DNA of 64,000 bases. Origin: Octopus sinensis (Eukaryota). Location: positions 85,870,001 to 85,934,000 of the forward strand of contig NC_043006.1 in the NCBI RefSeq assembly GCF_006345805.1, written 5' to 3'. Positions within the stretch are counted from its first letter, which is position 1; each line of letters starts with the position of its first letter. Of this stretch, positions 1 to 12,200 are shown one piece after another. The notes below the pieces were generated by a model. That model was not told the DNA's origin, did not search any database, and saw only the letters and a program-made list of their open reading frames with translations. The translations under genes were made by a program, and so were the position numbers.

Positions 1-908
1 GAATAAGAATAGCCTGGGCAAAGTTCAGAGAGCTCTTACCTCTGCTAGTGACAAAGGGCCTCTCACTCAGAGTAAAAGGCAGACTATGACGCATGTGTAT
101 GAACAGCCATGCTACATGGCAGTGAAACATGGGCCATGATTGCTGAGGACATGCATAAGCCCGCAAGGAATGAAGCCAGCATGCTCCGATGGAAGTGTAA
201 TGTCAGTGTGCATACTCGACAGAGTGTTAGTGTTGAGAGAAAAGTTGAACCTAAGAAGCATCAGATGTGGTGTGCAAGAGAGATGCCTATGCTCATATGG
301 TCATGTGGTGAGAATGGATGAGGATAGCTGTCTGAAAAAGTGCCACACCCTAGCGGTTGAGGGAAACTGTCGAAGAGTAGACCCAGGAAAACCTGGGATG
401 AGGTGGTGAAGCATGACCTTCGAACATTAGGCTTCACCGAGGCAATGACTAGTGACCGGAGCCTTTAGAAATATGCTGTGCTTGAGAAGACCTGGCAAGC
501 CAAGTGAGACCATAACCTCGTGGCCTATGCCAGGGGTGTTACCAACCCACTTATGTGTACCTTTCCTGCATGGGACACTAAACTCTGCTTGCGAAGATCT
601 GTTGAGGCAAGTGAAATTGAAATCGAAATCAAATTCGATGACTGACATCCATGCTAGTGGAGCGCTAAGAGCACCATCTGAGCAAACTGGCTTCCGTGCT
701 GGTGGCATGTAAAAAGCACCATTCGAGCGTGATCGTTACCAGCCTCGCCTTACTGGCACTTGTGCTGGTGGCATGTGAAAAAACATTTGAGCGAGGTCAT
801 TCAGATTGAAGTCTGGTGCAGCCATCTGGCTCGCCAGTCCTCAGTCAAATCGTCCAACCCATGTTAGCATGGAAAGCAGACATTAAACGATGATTATGAT
901 GATGATGC
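1..908 (+). mobile_element. 3' end of an RTE-clade LINE (decayed ORF2 C-terminus, 3' UTR, (GAT)n tail)
   Basis: Frameshifted MLHGSETWA...RNEASMLRW...LREKLNLRSIRCGVQER, matching the RTE ORF at 33066-34280. Ends TCGTCCAACCCATGTTAGCATGGAAAGCAGACATTAAACGATGATTATGATGATG. Confidence 0.9.
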
Positions 909-959
909 TTCAGCAAGTGTGATGATATTTTGTTGAGGATGTCAAGTGCCCCTATCTTT

Positions 960-1365
960 TAACATCCACTTTTCCATTCTTGCATGGGTTGGACAGAGTT
1001 TATTGAGGAAACTTTTCTATGGCCATATGGCCTTCCTGTCACCAAACTTCACCTGTTTACAAGCAAGATAATATATTCTTAATCCCAGACATGTTCTTAT
1101 AGAATATCAGAAATGAATGACACTGTTTGCTTAATAGTGACAATCATTTTACAATTATCGTGCAATGCCAAGGCAAGGAGACAAACAGACAGACACACAT
1201 GTATATATAATGGGCTTTTTAGTTTCCATCTACCAAATCCATTCACAAATCTCTGGTCAACCTAGATCTATAATAAAAGATGCTTTTCCAAGGTACCATG
1301 CTGTGGGACTGAACCCAGAGCCATGTTGCTGAGAAGCAAACTTCTTACCACACAGCTATGCTTGT
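960..1365 (-). mobile_element. Old SINE: tRNA-like head plus RTE-like tail
   Basis: Reverse complement of head TGTGGTAAGAAGTTTGC...GGTTCAGTCCCAC at ~1300-1360 and of tail CAACCCATGCAAGAATGG at ~975-995. Confidence 0.65.
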
Positions 1366-2548
1366 GCCTCTACTTGTCAAAAATTATTAAAATATTAGCC
1401 ACTGAGTTGTTGTTGTCTTTTCCTAACTATATAAATTATTTTTAATTAACTTCTAGATCAGAAATTCTCAACCTTTTGTTGCTTGGTTCCCCCTTTTATA
1501 GAATACCATTTAGCAAGCACCTCTAATGTATGTTTTCATAAAAAGCAATAAAGAAAAGAAAATTATTTTAATCATACAAGCTAATTTTACACAGTGATTT
1601 CATATTCATATTTTCTTATACTATCCCACCCAGCAAGTGTCTGTTCTTTGATATTTGCATAGACTACTGTCTATCTATGTTAATTTCTAGTAGGAAATAC
1701 TGAAAAAGTGAGGGCTTATATTATGCAATTATATTGGACATTGGCTCATTATCACTCTTGTTTCTCCTTGTTGATAACACAATGTCCTATTTATGTTTTA
1801 ATCCTGACAAATAGCATTTTTGAAAGTATACTTAAAATATAAGTGTTGTTCTTGGTTTCAATATTTACCTTGCGCGTGTAAACAAAAGCAGGGTATTGTA
1901 ATCATTCATATTTGTTTGTTTGTCTGTGTGTTTGCAAAATTACTGGGGAACAGCTGAATGGATTTTCACCAAATTTGGCAGAAATACTCATTGGGAGAGT
2001 GGCTCAAAATGATGAAAATTTGGTCTGATTATTTTCAGACATACATAAATACATACATAGATATGCAACTTTGTGTGTGTGTGTGTGTGTATGTGTGTGT
2101 GTGTGTGTGCGCGTGTACAGTGATGGATTCGAGGGTTTTGTTTATTTATGAGTTGGTTTCTTAATTTATAATTTATTTACGAGTTGATTTCTTAATTTAT
2201 AAAGTATAAATGCCTCTAATGCTGATATTTAGAAATAAAATTAATTCAGTTCAATTAAAAAGCATGGGTAAGCAATGCATTGTAAGCTACACTATAATTT
2301 GCAAAAACAAATTATCTGCGTGCAAGGTGTGCACTGCCCTTCTGATACCTTTCTTTTTCATTTATTAATAAAAGTGTGAAGGTAGATGGCATTGTGGTTA
2401 GGGTGTTGCTCTCATAATCACAAGATCATGGTTTCAATAGCTAGACTGGCAGTGCATTGTATTCTTGAACAAAACACTCCATTTCCTGTTGCTCCAGTCC
2501 ACTCAGCTGTAAATAGGTAACCTTGTGATAGACTGGTGTTCCATTTAA

Positions 2549-2770
2549 CCCTTTTGTTACCATATTTCTGTTGAGATGCTCTTTGTTTCTTTCAATTAAT
2601 TTTAGATATAACGAAAAATTAGTAAAATAATTTAGTTTATCATTAAGCTAGTGTTAGGAACATAAATTGTGATTAAGGTTTGGTGGAAGATTTTAATTTA
2701 GAACTTTTGAAAACAAGACATTTGTACTACAGAGCCAGAGGCGGTTTCAGCCAGGTTGGTATCAAAAGGA
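2549..2770. mobile_element. piggyBac-like MITE inserted in an old tRNA-SINE (~2384-2830)
   Basis: Left end TTAA|CCCTTTTGTTACCA, right end TGGTATCAAAAGGA (degenerate inverted). A related fragment ends AAGGG|TTAA at 6118-6126; another lies at ~26555-26712. Confidence 0.55.
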
Positions 2771-3380
2771 TTTTGACTGCATCATTCGAAAGCTACAACA
2801 ATGCAAAGATGAGCATTGTGACTGGTGGTATATAATATCAACCACTTTACAGCATGTTCTGGGTGCCCTTTTTGCGACACTTGCACCAGTGGGGTTACCA
2901 AGTAACTTGCAAGACAAGCCCCCTCAACTGAGTGGGGAGTAGTGTTGAGGGAGGTAGTCTTATGCCAAGTGGTGCAAGGTTAAAGTACGATAAAAGGACA
3001 GGAACAGGTGTCTCAATGTGGGGGAAATTCATGGTTACCTCATTTGGGAAAGAAAGGAGATGGTGGTGAAGGTGTGTGAGGGCATATCCTCAAGTTACAG
3101 AAAGTTGAACGTAAGAGATGTATGGACAGGGAGGGAGAGTTGCAGATGGATAGAGAAGGAGATTGAGGGGAGTGCAGTGAGGAGTGGGCATGGATTGAGG
3201 CATGGTCAATCATGAATATCAGTTAGAACAGCAGACAGAGGAAGCAGATGTGGATTAAAAAGTAATATGAGACAGTAAAAATGTGTGTGTGTATGTGTGT
3301 AATATATATATATATATATATATATACGTTTAAATATTTGTTGTGCAAGATTTTTTATGTGAAGTCGTGTGTTGAAACAG

Positions 3381-3820
3381 ATATTGTTATATTTCGGAAT
3401 GGTCATATTGCCAGTTTAGCCAATAAAAACACACGCACTATATATTTGGTGTTATTTTGCTTCAGTGATATTTATTTTTTACATTAATCTTAATCTTATT
3501 TTGGCCAAAGTTCTTTCGTCACACTCCTGTGACCACATCAGTGGTCCTTTGTTTTCTTCTCACTTATTTGTGTCTCTCCTTACTAACCGTCAGCCATTTT
3601 GAATTTCTATTGTATGTCTTCATTTGCGCATGCTTATATCTCTATGTGCGTCTATGTTTATTTAGTGTGTGTGTGGGTCACAGGAGTGTGATGAAAGAAC
3701 TTTGGCCGAAATAAGATTAAGATTAATGTAAAAAATAAATATCACTGAAGCAAAATAACACCAAATATATAGTGCATGTGTTTTATTGGCTAAACTGGCA
3801 AAATGACCATTCCGAAATAT

Positions 3821-3828
<8 letters not shown>
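3381..3828. mobile_element. Fold-back element with ~154-bp inverted arms (3381-3534 / 3676-3828), probably Penelope-derived
   Basis: Near-perfect inverted repeat read directly. The minus strand carries a hammerhead-like motif at the arm/spacer junction. Confidence 0.85.
3503..3547 (-). ncRNA. Atypical hammerhead-like motif (non-canonical core)
   Basis: Minus strand: GGACCA-CTGATGTG-GTCAC aggagt GTGAC-GAAA-GAACTT-TGGCC. Stem II is perfect, but the core lacks A9 and stem I has a bulge. Confidence 0.35.
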
Positions 3829-3886
<58 letters not shown>

Positions 3887-4140
3887 GTATTTATAATATA
3901 AGGGTAAATAATTATTAATTTCAAAATCAACAATTTTTTCCGTATGGAAATATAACCATTATCGGTAGGAACCTTTTTAAAAGGTTTTATATATATATAA
4001 GTAAAATTTTGGAGGGAAAATACGAATTCATTTGTCTATATGGATTTAGCCCGTGTTAATTGTCTCATGCTATCTCCGATGGCACAAGGTCAGAAAGCAA
4101 GAGGTATGTAAGTTAAGATTTGTAAATCTATCTAAAGGAA

Positions 4141-4202
4141 TGTTACGCTGAAGAAGGGAATGGATTTGTTTATAATTCTGACCCAGAAACGCATCTGTAA
4201 CA
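4141..4202 (+). ncRNA. Decayed type I minimal hammerhead ribozyme
   Basis: TGTTACG-CTGAAGA-AGGGAAT...ATTCTGACCCA-GAAAC-GC-ATC-TGTAACA. Stem I is 7 bp; the deviations from GAAACGCGTC/CGTAAC fit CpG decay. Confidence 0.6.
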
Positions 4203-4380
4203 AACCGAAGACTTTGTTTTCGTTATCTTTCATCCTGTTTTACATATGTGAGTTACATGTATATGTTATATGTGGAGTTATATTTGTAGAAAATAGAAAG
4301 AAGCAGTCTTTGACTGCTATTTCAAATTTTTCGTTATGTGGCTAAGCAGCCTGTTGCTTGCCCTTTTTATTTATATATAT

Positions 4381-4758
4381 TACTCTTTACTCTTTTACTT
4401 GTTTCAGTCATTTTGACTGTGGCCATGCTGGAGCACCAACTTTAGTCGAGCAAATCGACCCCGGGACTTATTCTTTGTAAGCCCAGTACTTATTCTATCA
4501 GTCTCTTTTGCCAAACCGCTAAGTGACGGGGACGTAAACACACCAGCATCAGTTGTCAAGCAATGCTAGGGGGGCACAAACACATACATACATATATATA
4601 CATATATACGACAGGCTTCTTTCAGTTTCCGTCTACCAAATCCACTCACAAGGCATTGGTCGGCCCGGGGCTATAGCAGAAGACACTTGCCCAAGATGCC
4701 ATGCAGTGGGACTGAACCTGGAACCATGTGGTTGGTTAACAAGCTACTTACCACACAG
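4381..4758 (-). mobile_element. SINE family A (tRNA head, CCTTGGGCAAGT CORE-like box, internal TA/TG repeat, CR1-like tail)
   Basis: Reverse complement of the clean copy at 60250-60660. Confidence 0.85.
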
Positions 4759-4871
4759 ATGTATGTTGATGCAAACAGGAGAAACAGAACCCAGACTATG
4801 ACTCTGTATATCTTTATTAATATTTAGCAGAAGTAACAAAATGACTCAAGGTCTGAGAGTTTTGTGCATTG

Positions 4872-5078
4872 GCACTTTGAAAAGTTCCTGGCTTTAAGAG
4901 TATTGCAAAAGGTCTGGTTGGAGGCCAAATCTTCCAAGTTCTTTTACAGATCTTAGAAAAACTGAAGGACTGCTGTAATAAGAGTGTGGATCTGAGAGGG
5001 AAATATGTTGAACAAAATCATAATTAACTGATCCTCCAGTATTTTCTTTTATCCAAAGCCAGGAACTTTCCAGCAAAC
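4872..5078 (+). mobile_element. mariner-derived MITE
   Basis: TIR core AAAGTTCCTGGCTTT 4881-4895 / AAAGCCAGGAACTTT 5055-5069. The interior resembles the mariner transposase C-terminal coding end (..GTGGATCTGAGAGGGAAATATGTTGAA). Confidence 0.6.
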
Positions 5079-5611
5079 CCCTGTGTCATTACCATCATAT
5101 ATCATTCTCATCATCATCATCAGCAGCAGCAGCAACATTTAATGTCCACCTTCTATGCTGGCATGGGTTGGATGATTTGACAGGAGCCGACCAGGCAGAA
5201 GACTACAACAGGTTTCTGTGCCTGTTTTGGCATGGTCTTTATGGCTGAATGCCCTTCCTAACACCAGCCACCCTGCAGAGTGGGGTATATATATATGGTT
5301 CAAATTTACAGAAAACAAAAAAAGAGACAGGTAAGAGAACAACAAGAAGGTGTATTAGTTTGATGCTCAGGAAAAACGGAAAAGTCTTTGACACTTTGAA
5401 CCTATGCTCTTTGACAGAAGGGGAAGAAAGGAAAAAAATCAACTGGGTGAGAAAAAATTGTGTCAGGATTAATAGTACCACATATTGAGATGACTGGAAG
5501 AAAGAGGCCGCTGGAAGGAGAAATAACAGTGACCCAGCTGAACTGGGGTGTACAGGTGCATGTATGTAAAGATTGGTGTGTGTGAGCAAACTTAAAATTA
5601 TGAAAACCTGA

Positions 5612-5990
5612 CAGGTATGATTAAGAAGCTTGCATTCCAACCATGTGGTCTCAGGTCCAACCTCATGTGTGGTACTTTGGGCAAATATTCTCTGGCCTGA
5701 TCAAAGCTTTGGAAGTGGATCTAGTAGACAGAGATTGAAAGAAGTCTGTTGCAAATGTATATGGATGGGTGTGTTTTTCTGTATATCCTTGTTTTAACAT
5801 CACATGATGGATGTAAATAAGCATCACCACAATACGAGCAACATTGTTTGTTTCTAATCTTTTATGGTAAACCATATCTGGATGTGGGGAAATATAACTT
5901 TGCTTGAAAACAGGTGAAGGTTGTTGACAGCAAGTGCATCTAACTATAGAAATTCTACTTCAACAAAGTCCATCTAATCCATGCAAGCAT
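5612..5990 (+). mobile_element. SINE with family-A head and RTE-like tail
   Basis: Head/core TTAAGAAGCTTGC...TTTGGGCAAAT; tail GGTTGTTGACAGCAAGTGCATC...TCCATGCAAGCAT. Confidence 0.6.
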
Positions 5991-8900
5991 AGTAGAGATT
6001 GCTATGGCTCAATTTCTACAAAACAAATTCCGTTTTAAAGTGATCTTAATTAGAACATTTTATCAAAATTTTACTAAATTCTTTACTATTTTCAAAATTA
6101 ATTGAAACAAAGGTAAAAAGGGTTAAAAAAAGAATCCCAGTACATTAGCATTTGGAAATCGCTGATATAGTCTTTCCTGACCCCTACTATTCACTGGTGC
6201 CATTTTTGACATTTCGTAACACTTACTAACGACATTAACCTTGTGAAAGGAAACACTTCCGATTTCCTATGCCCTTGTTTAATACCATCAAAATTGAGCT
6301 TTCGATATAAACTAATTTCTAATTATATCGGCGACCCAAGTCACAAAACTGTTAATTCATTTGTGTTAGGTTAAATAAAAAATTAACTGTTATTGCTGGC
6401 TATTAATCGTACAGCTAGTCTTCGGGATAATAGTTAAAAACTGGAAAGATAAAAATGAAACACCTGCTCCAGTTCTAAAATAATAATAGGTATTTGTAAA
6501 AATGAGTTTTTTTAATGCTGACTATAAAAATTAAGTAAAAGAGTTGTGCCGTAATTAACTCCGACAAAATGAGATTTGTATAAGAACATGGTTTAATCGA
6601 AATACCGAAACGAAAACAAACTGTTCACTATTTAAAGAAAACAATTTACTTTAAGGAGATAAATCTTTTGATTTTAAAAATACACGTTTTATGAATTAAG
6701 AAAAAATTCAGTTAATTTATAAGTATTTTAGCCAATCTTTCACTTTTATTAAATGCAACGTTGAAAAACCTCATTAATTATAAGATGTAATCGTATATAA
6801 GAGTCAGCAGAAATTTCGAAAAGTTTCCACCTTTTTTAACTTCTGAAATTATTGCATCAATCAAAACGGTTGACAATTCGCAATTTCTGCATTAGAGCTT
6901 TTTTTATTTCTGTTTATTTTGTTGTTTTATGTTAGCCATTTCCATAAGTGTTTTTAAAATGAAAGTATTCCCATCCTAAGGAAAATGAAAAAAATAATGA
7001 AAACCGAATAAACAATATTTTTTGTTTCGTTTCGTTATTTCAAGTAATTCATATTTTTATATATTTCTCATTCTCTCTGAGGTAGTTCGCAAAACATTAT
7101 TTATAAATGCATAATAAAATCATTTGATTTATTTTAAATGATTAACTTACAGGAGCTTCTATAATATTTATTTTTCGTAACCGACAGCCTAAAAACCTAC
7201 CAATAACCTAGAAGTTTCGTATTGAAAGTTGATTAAATATTCAAGGGAAGCAACCACCAGAAGCTACAGATTTACTGGTTTCAATTCAATATTTCTCTAT
7301 GTTCCGTTTTTATTTCAAATAACAAATTAAAGAACACATATAAAACACTTTATATCTTTAGGATATTGTCCAAGAATGAGCAACAGAAGAACTATAGGTT
7401 TTTAAATAAACTATGTAGACATTAATAAAATATTTAGTTCCTTATATTGTTAGTGTTCGTTTACAATTTAGAATAATCCTGTGCCAGAAGGATATTTCAT
7501 TTAAAATTAATTGAAATAATACTATATCTGAATAAAGGAACAAAAAAAAATCGGGATGAAAATGTGAGAAAAAATCGTTCATTATGGTTGCTCATAAAGT
7601 AAATGAAATCTCTGGTACGTATGCATTTTATTTGATATGAAATGTTTGGATAGTTTTACCGTTTTCATAAATGTTGAGTCATCTTGTTTATGTGTGTGTG
7701 ATCCCACATGCTAAAGTTCGTGTGCATTTTTCTTGTTAATTGCAAAGATAATGCGAGAATGTAATGAATTTAAGACAATAGGCGATCAGTACATTCAAAA
7801 TGATTTTGATTCGATTTGGACAACATTTATGTCTTATGTTATTTGGTCGTATGAATTGCATGTTCATTTTGTCAAGAAATTACGATTGAATCGATGAGAC
7901 ACCAGATTAATTATATTGCAGTATTTTGTTATGTCCATTCTCATTCTGAGAACTAATCTCATTTTATTTGTTTCATCTCATTTGACCCTTCTTCTACAAA
8001 TAATTCCAGCGCTTTTCCGTTTTGCCTCTCCCACCTACACTAAGCCGGGCCTTGTTAACAGTATTGTAAATCCCATGCAAAGCAATATATTGGATCCCTG
8101 CATGTACAACCTACATGAATGTTGCAGCATACGTAGATTAGCAATGGGTTCTTAGATCCATGTCCCTGCCCAGCAACTATCCAGTTGTGCTCATGCCTTA
8201 AAACGGTACTAATCTATAGAATGTAAAGAGATCGATGATTTTTCACAAGCAGTTTATTGAAAGACATTACCATCGAGAACAAATACTTTTCTCCAAAGTA
8301 AAATCTTGCCTAGGAAAAATGTGTTTCTTTACAAAGGCATACTACATCTCTGGATGTATCCATCTTCGGGTCTTCGTTTCCTCACGAAAAGTGAAATGTG
8401 GTGAAGAAGGTTGGAGTAGTTTTATCTAACACAGTATCTTAGCCCTTTGTCATCTCCTTATCATCATCAATTTGATGTCCACTTTTCAATGCTTGCATGG
8501 GTTGAATAGAGTTCACCGAAGCAAATTTTCTACAACCCTCACTTGTTTCCTAGAAAGGTAATATTTTCCCATGGCCAGACATGTTCCCACCAAAGACAGG
8601 AAATGGAGTACACCACTTTTATAACAGTGACCCTTGTTTACAACTATCGTGCAATACCAAGACATGGAGAAACAAACTTAAACACACATATCAACTACAG
8701 GCTCAGATCTGTGGTAAAAGACACTTGTCCAAGATGTCATGCAGTGTAGCTGAACCTAAAACCATGTGTTTGGGAAACAAGTTCTTAACTACACACCTGT
8801 GATTGCACCTTCATATAAAAATAAATAAATAAAAGAAGTGAAACAATAGGCAAACTGTAAAACAACTCACAACTTCCATATTTTGCCAACATACAGAACA

Positions 8901-9547
8901 ATTACTGATTTGTGAGACAATGATAGAACCATGATTGGTTTGCCTGTTACAGCAGCCAAAGCTCATTCCAGTTACATTCTGCACTCTTAAATAAAGAGTA
9001 CACTGGATATGGTAATCCTAGGTTCTGCTACAAAGAGTAAAGTGGTCACAGCTAGAATGCCTTCAATCATAAGTATGTTTGAAGAGGTGCTGTGATGACA
9101 TGTTGTGATTCACAGCTAGATCCTTTTGGCCTGAGTGTTAATCTACATTATCCAGGATGATAAAGCTGTCCCCCACCCAATGTCTAAATAACAAAGGCTT
9201 TATTCATAAACATACTACAACCATTATTTCACCCCTGGAATTCTCTCTCTATGGCTGATATTACAATAATTTCTCGTCTTCTGAACCAGTTGTACTATTC
9301 GTGTCAAATCCATTTGATTCTTCTTATCCTCATATTAAATGCTTGTTATTCTTGAATCCACTATAATCCTTATCGGCTGGCTCACAGATGTTTGAGATGA
9401 ACTTCGTATTAATCAGCCTCACTCAGCAACATCTATCTAGAGATACTATGACCATTATTTTTAGATGAATTAGTTGTAAACAAATTGCTGAAAAGATGTT
9501 AGTTAAGAGATTTTGTTGTTTGTATCATTATATTACATATTGTAATA

Positions 9548-9919
9548 GGCATGTGATTGTGTGGTAAGAAGCTTGCTTCCCAACCAGAAGGTTCTGGGTT
9601 CAATCCCACTGCATGGCTCCTTGGCCAAGTGTCTTCTGCTATAGTCATGGGCCAACCAAAGCCTTGTGAGTGGATTTGATAGATGGAAACTGAAAGAGGC
9701 CTGTCAAATATATATATATGTGTTTGTGCCCCCCACCATCACTGCTTGACAACTGGTGTTGGTATGTTTACACCCCTGTGACTTAGCAGTTTGGCAAAAG
9801 ATATCGATAGAATAAGTACTAGGCTTAACAAATAAGTCCTGGGGTTGATTTGTTTGACTAAAACCCTTCAAGGTGGTGCTCCAGCATGACCACAATCATG
9901 ATTGAAACAAATAAAAGAA
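9548..9919 (+). mobile_element. SINE family A
   Basis: TGTGGTAAGAAGCTTGC...CCTTGGCCAAGTG...GGTGGTGCTCCAGCATGACCACAATCATGATTGAAAC. Confidence 0.8.
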
Positions 9920-9964
9920 TTGTATGTATGTATATGCATGCATATATGTCTATTTTGGTCCTTA

Positions 9965-10740
9965 GTCATCTCTTCTGCGAGGCTCAACATCTGAAGATAA
10001 TTTTTCACCACTTCATCCCACATCTGGGTTTTCCTCTTCCACAGGAAAATTGGAATTTTTTTATGCACCTGTCTCTTTACATATGCATCAAATGGCTATA
10101 CTAGCACAGTCTTTTCTCTTGCACACTACATCTGATGCCTCTTATACACAATTTTTCTCTCAACATATTGTCATACATTGCACATCCAATGCATATTGTT
10201 GGGTTCATTTCTTTCACACCTCCATGTGTTATCTACATTCACAGTCGACATTTCACTATGTAACATAGCTGTTAGTACACAAGCATCCTACAATCTGTCT
10301 TTCTGTCTAATGCAGAGACCATTTGTTACCAACAAATGTAAAGGCTCTCGGAACTTTGCCCAGCTGGTTCTAATTCTAGTAACTATGCTTTCAGAGCATC
10401 CTCCGCCACTGCTGATTTCATCACCTTGGTAACAGAAACTATCTACTATCTCTAAGAAACCCCTGGGCATTTGAAAATATTAGTTTCTTGTGTTAGTGTT
10501 AATTGTTCCTGTGCATCTGTCACCCACAAAGACTGCTTTCTCTGCTAACGTTCCGGTGATTCCACTGCTCCTTTTAAGTGTCCATAGCTTGTACTGGGTA
10601 CACCATATGGAATTTCTACCTTCACCTTTTCTACATAGCATGCAGGGCCATTTCCCTAAAAGAATAAGTAATTTGTCTACTTTCTTGCTTGAGATGATTG
10701 GCAATTTACTGTGCTTGAATGAACCTGTCTAACTAGGTAA
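9965..10740 (-). mobile_element. Decayed RTE LINE fragment
   Basis: Minus-strand peptides GKWPCMLCRKGEGRNSIWCTQYKLW and LEIVDSFCYQGDEISSGGGCSESIVTRIRTSWAKFRE, homologous to the 33066-34280 ORF. Confidence 0.85.
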
Positions 10741-11484
10741 AATCAAAACTGTAAAGGCATTTCATTTATGTCCATTCCCTGCACACAGTCTGTCCTTATC
10801 AAACCTCTCCTCCAACAACCCATCTGCCTGACACCTACCCTATCCCTTCACCTAGGTTCACCACTTGCTGTAATCTCCTCCCATCAGTCTCCCTTTGCAC
10901 CCTCGCAAACCAATCAGCACACAATGTGTTCCAGTCAAATCTTTTTCTCATATACCCCACTAATATTCTCTCCCTCTATTTCTGTCCACTCACACTTTCC
11001 TTCCCTTCCGTTTTCCCTTCACACTCTTATGAACTTACCCATCCTTGGTATTACTTATATAATTCTTACTATAATCTGAGTGTACCCCACCCCATCACAT
11101 CTTCACTATCAAGTTGCTGTTGTTATTTGAGTTGGAGGTATGAATATGTGGTTAAAAAGTTTAATTTTTCAACTGTGTGGTTCCAGTCACATTCCCAATG
11201 CATGGCACCTTTGACCTATGGTTTCCATAGTCTCGAGTTGATTATTGCCTTGTGTGGAGATTAGATTTAGCAAACAGAGGTGGTGCAAAGGTTAATTATG
11301 TGTTTTATGTGAGTTACATTGTCATGGTATGGCTGTGTGGTTAAGTAGATTGCTTCTCAACAACATTGATGTAGGTTCAGTCCCACAGTATGGCACCCTA
11401 GGTAAGTATCTTTTACTATAGCCCAGGCTGACCAATGCCTTTGAGTGGTTTTGGTAGTTGGAAAGTGAAAGAAGTTCATTATCA

Positions 11485-11628
11485 GATTCCATGCTACTTC
11501 AAGTTGTGAGGGCCCAAACGGAGCCTTTCTCATCAGGCTGGTAATAATCTCTGACGGATTATTACCAGCCTGATGAGAAAGGCTCCATTACAGCCAAGAG
11601 CTTTCAAAACTCGAAGTAGCATGGAATC
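11485..11628. mobile_element. Palindromic mini-element: perfect 30-bp inner stem (11520-11549/11557-11586) and 21-bp outer stem, built from two divergent hammerhead-like units
   Basis: Stems read directly from the sequence; CTGATGA occurs in both arms on opposite strands. Confidence 0.85.
11565..11624 (+). ncRNA. Hammerhead motif with one core mutation (GAAA>AAAA)
   Basis: CCAGC-CTGATGA-GAAAGGCTC...GAGCTTTC-AAAA-CTCGAAG-TA-GC(A)TGG. The G>A change sits at a CpG. Confidence 0.6.
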
Positions 11629-11845
11629 CAAATCAAGCTGTTTTGAATAATATATATATTCAACTATCTCTTTCACATTAACAGTTTAGATCTTAATTAT
11701 AAAAAAATATGAAACCATTATTCTATGCTAATTAAGTTAATTTTGTCAAGCTTCCTTTTCAGTTTGTAAGATAGAAAGAAATTTAAAGTGCCTACGTGAT
11801 AACAGTAAACCTACTTTTTGGTCTCCCTGTATATATCTTTTTCTC

Positions 11846-12200
11846 TTTTATTTGTTTCAGTCATTTGACTGCAGCCATGCTGGAGCACCGCCTTTAGGGA
11901 CTTATTCTTTGTAAGCTCAGTACTTATTCTATCGGTCTCTTAGCTGAACCGCTAAGTTACGGGGACATAAACACACCAGCATCGTTTGTCAAGCAATGCT
12001 AGGGGGACAGACACACACACATACATATATATATACATATATATGACGGGCTTCTTTGAATTTCCGTCTACCAAATCCGCTCACAAGGCTTTGGTTGGCC
12101 CAAGGCTATAGTGGAAGACACTTGCCCAAGATGCCACGCAGTGGGACTGAACCCGGAGCCATGTGGTTGGTAAGCAAGCTACTTACCACACAGCCACTCC
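11846..12200 (-). mobile_element. SINE family A
   Basis: High similarity to 4381-4758 and 60250-60660. Confidence 0.85.

Noticed and set aside
4040-4103. Candidate first coding exon MDLARVNC...ARG with a GTATGT donor
   Set aside because: Lies inside the hammerhead-bearing repeat, with no downstream exons found.
5239-5640. 133-aa minus ORF and overlapping plus ORF
   Set aside because: Spans SINE fragments and purine-rich low-complexity sequence; no domain similarity seen.
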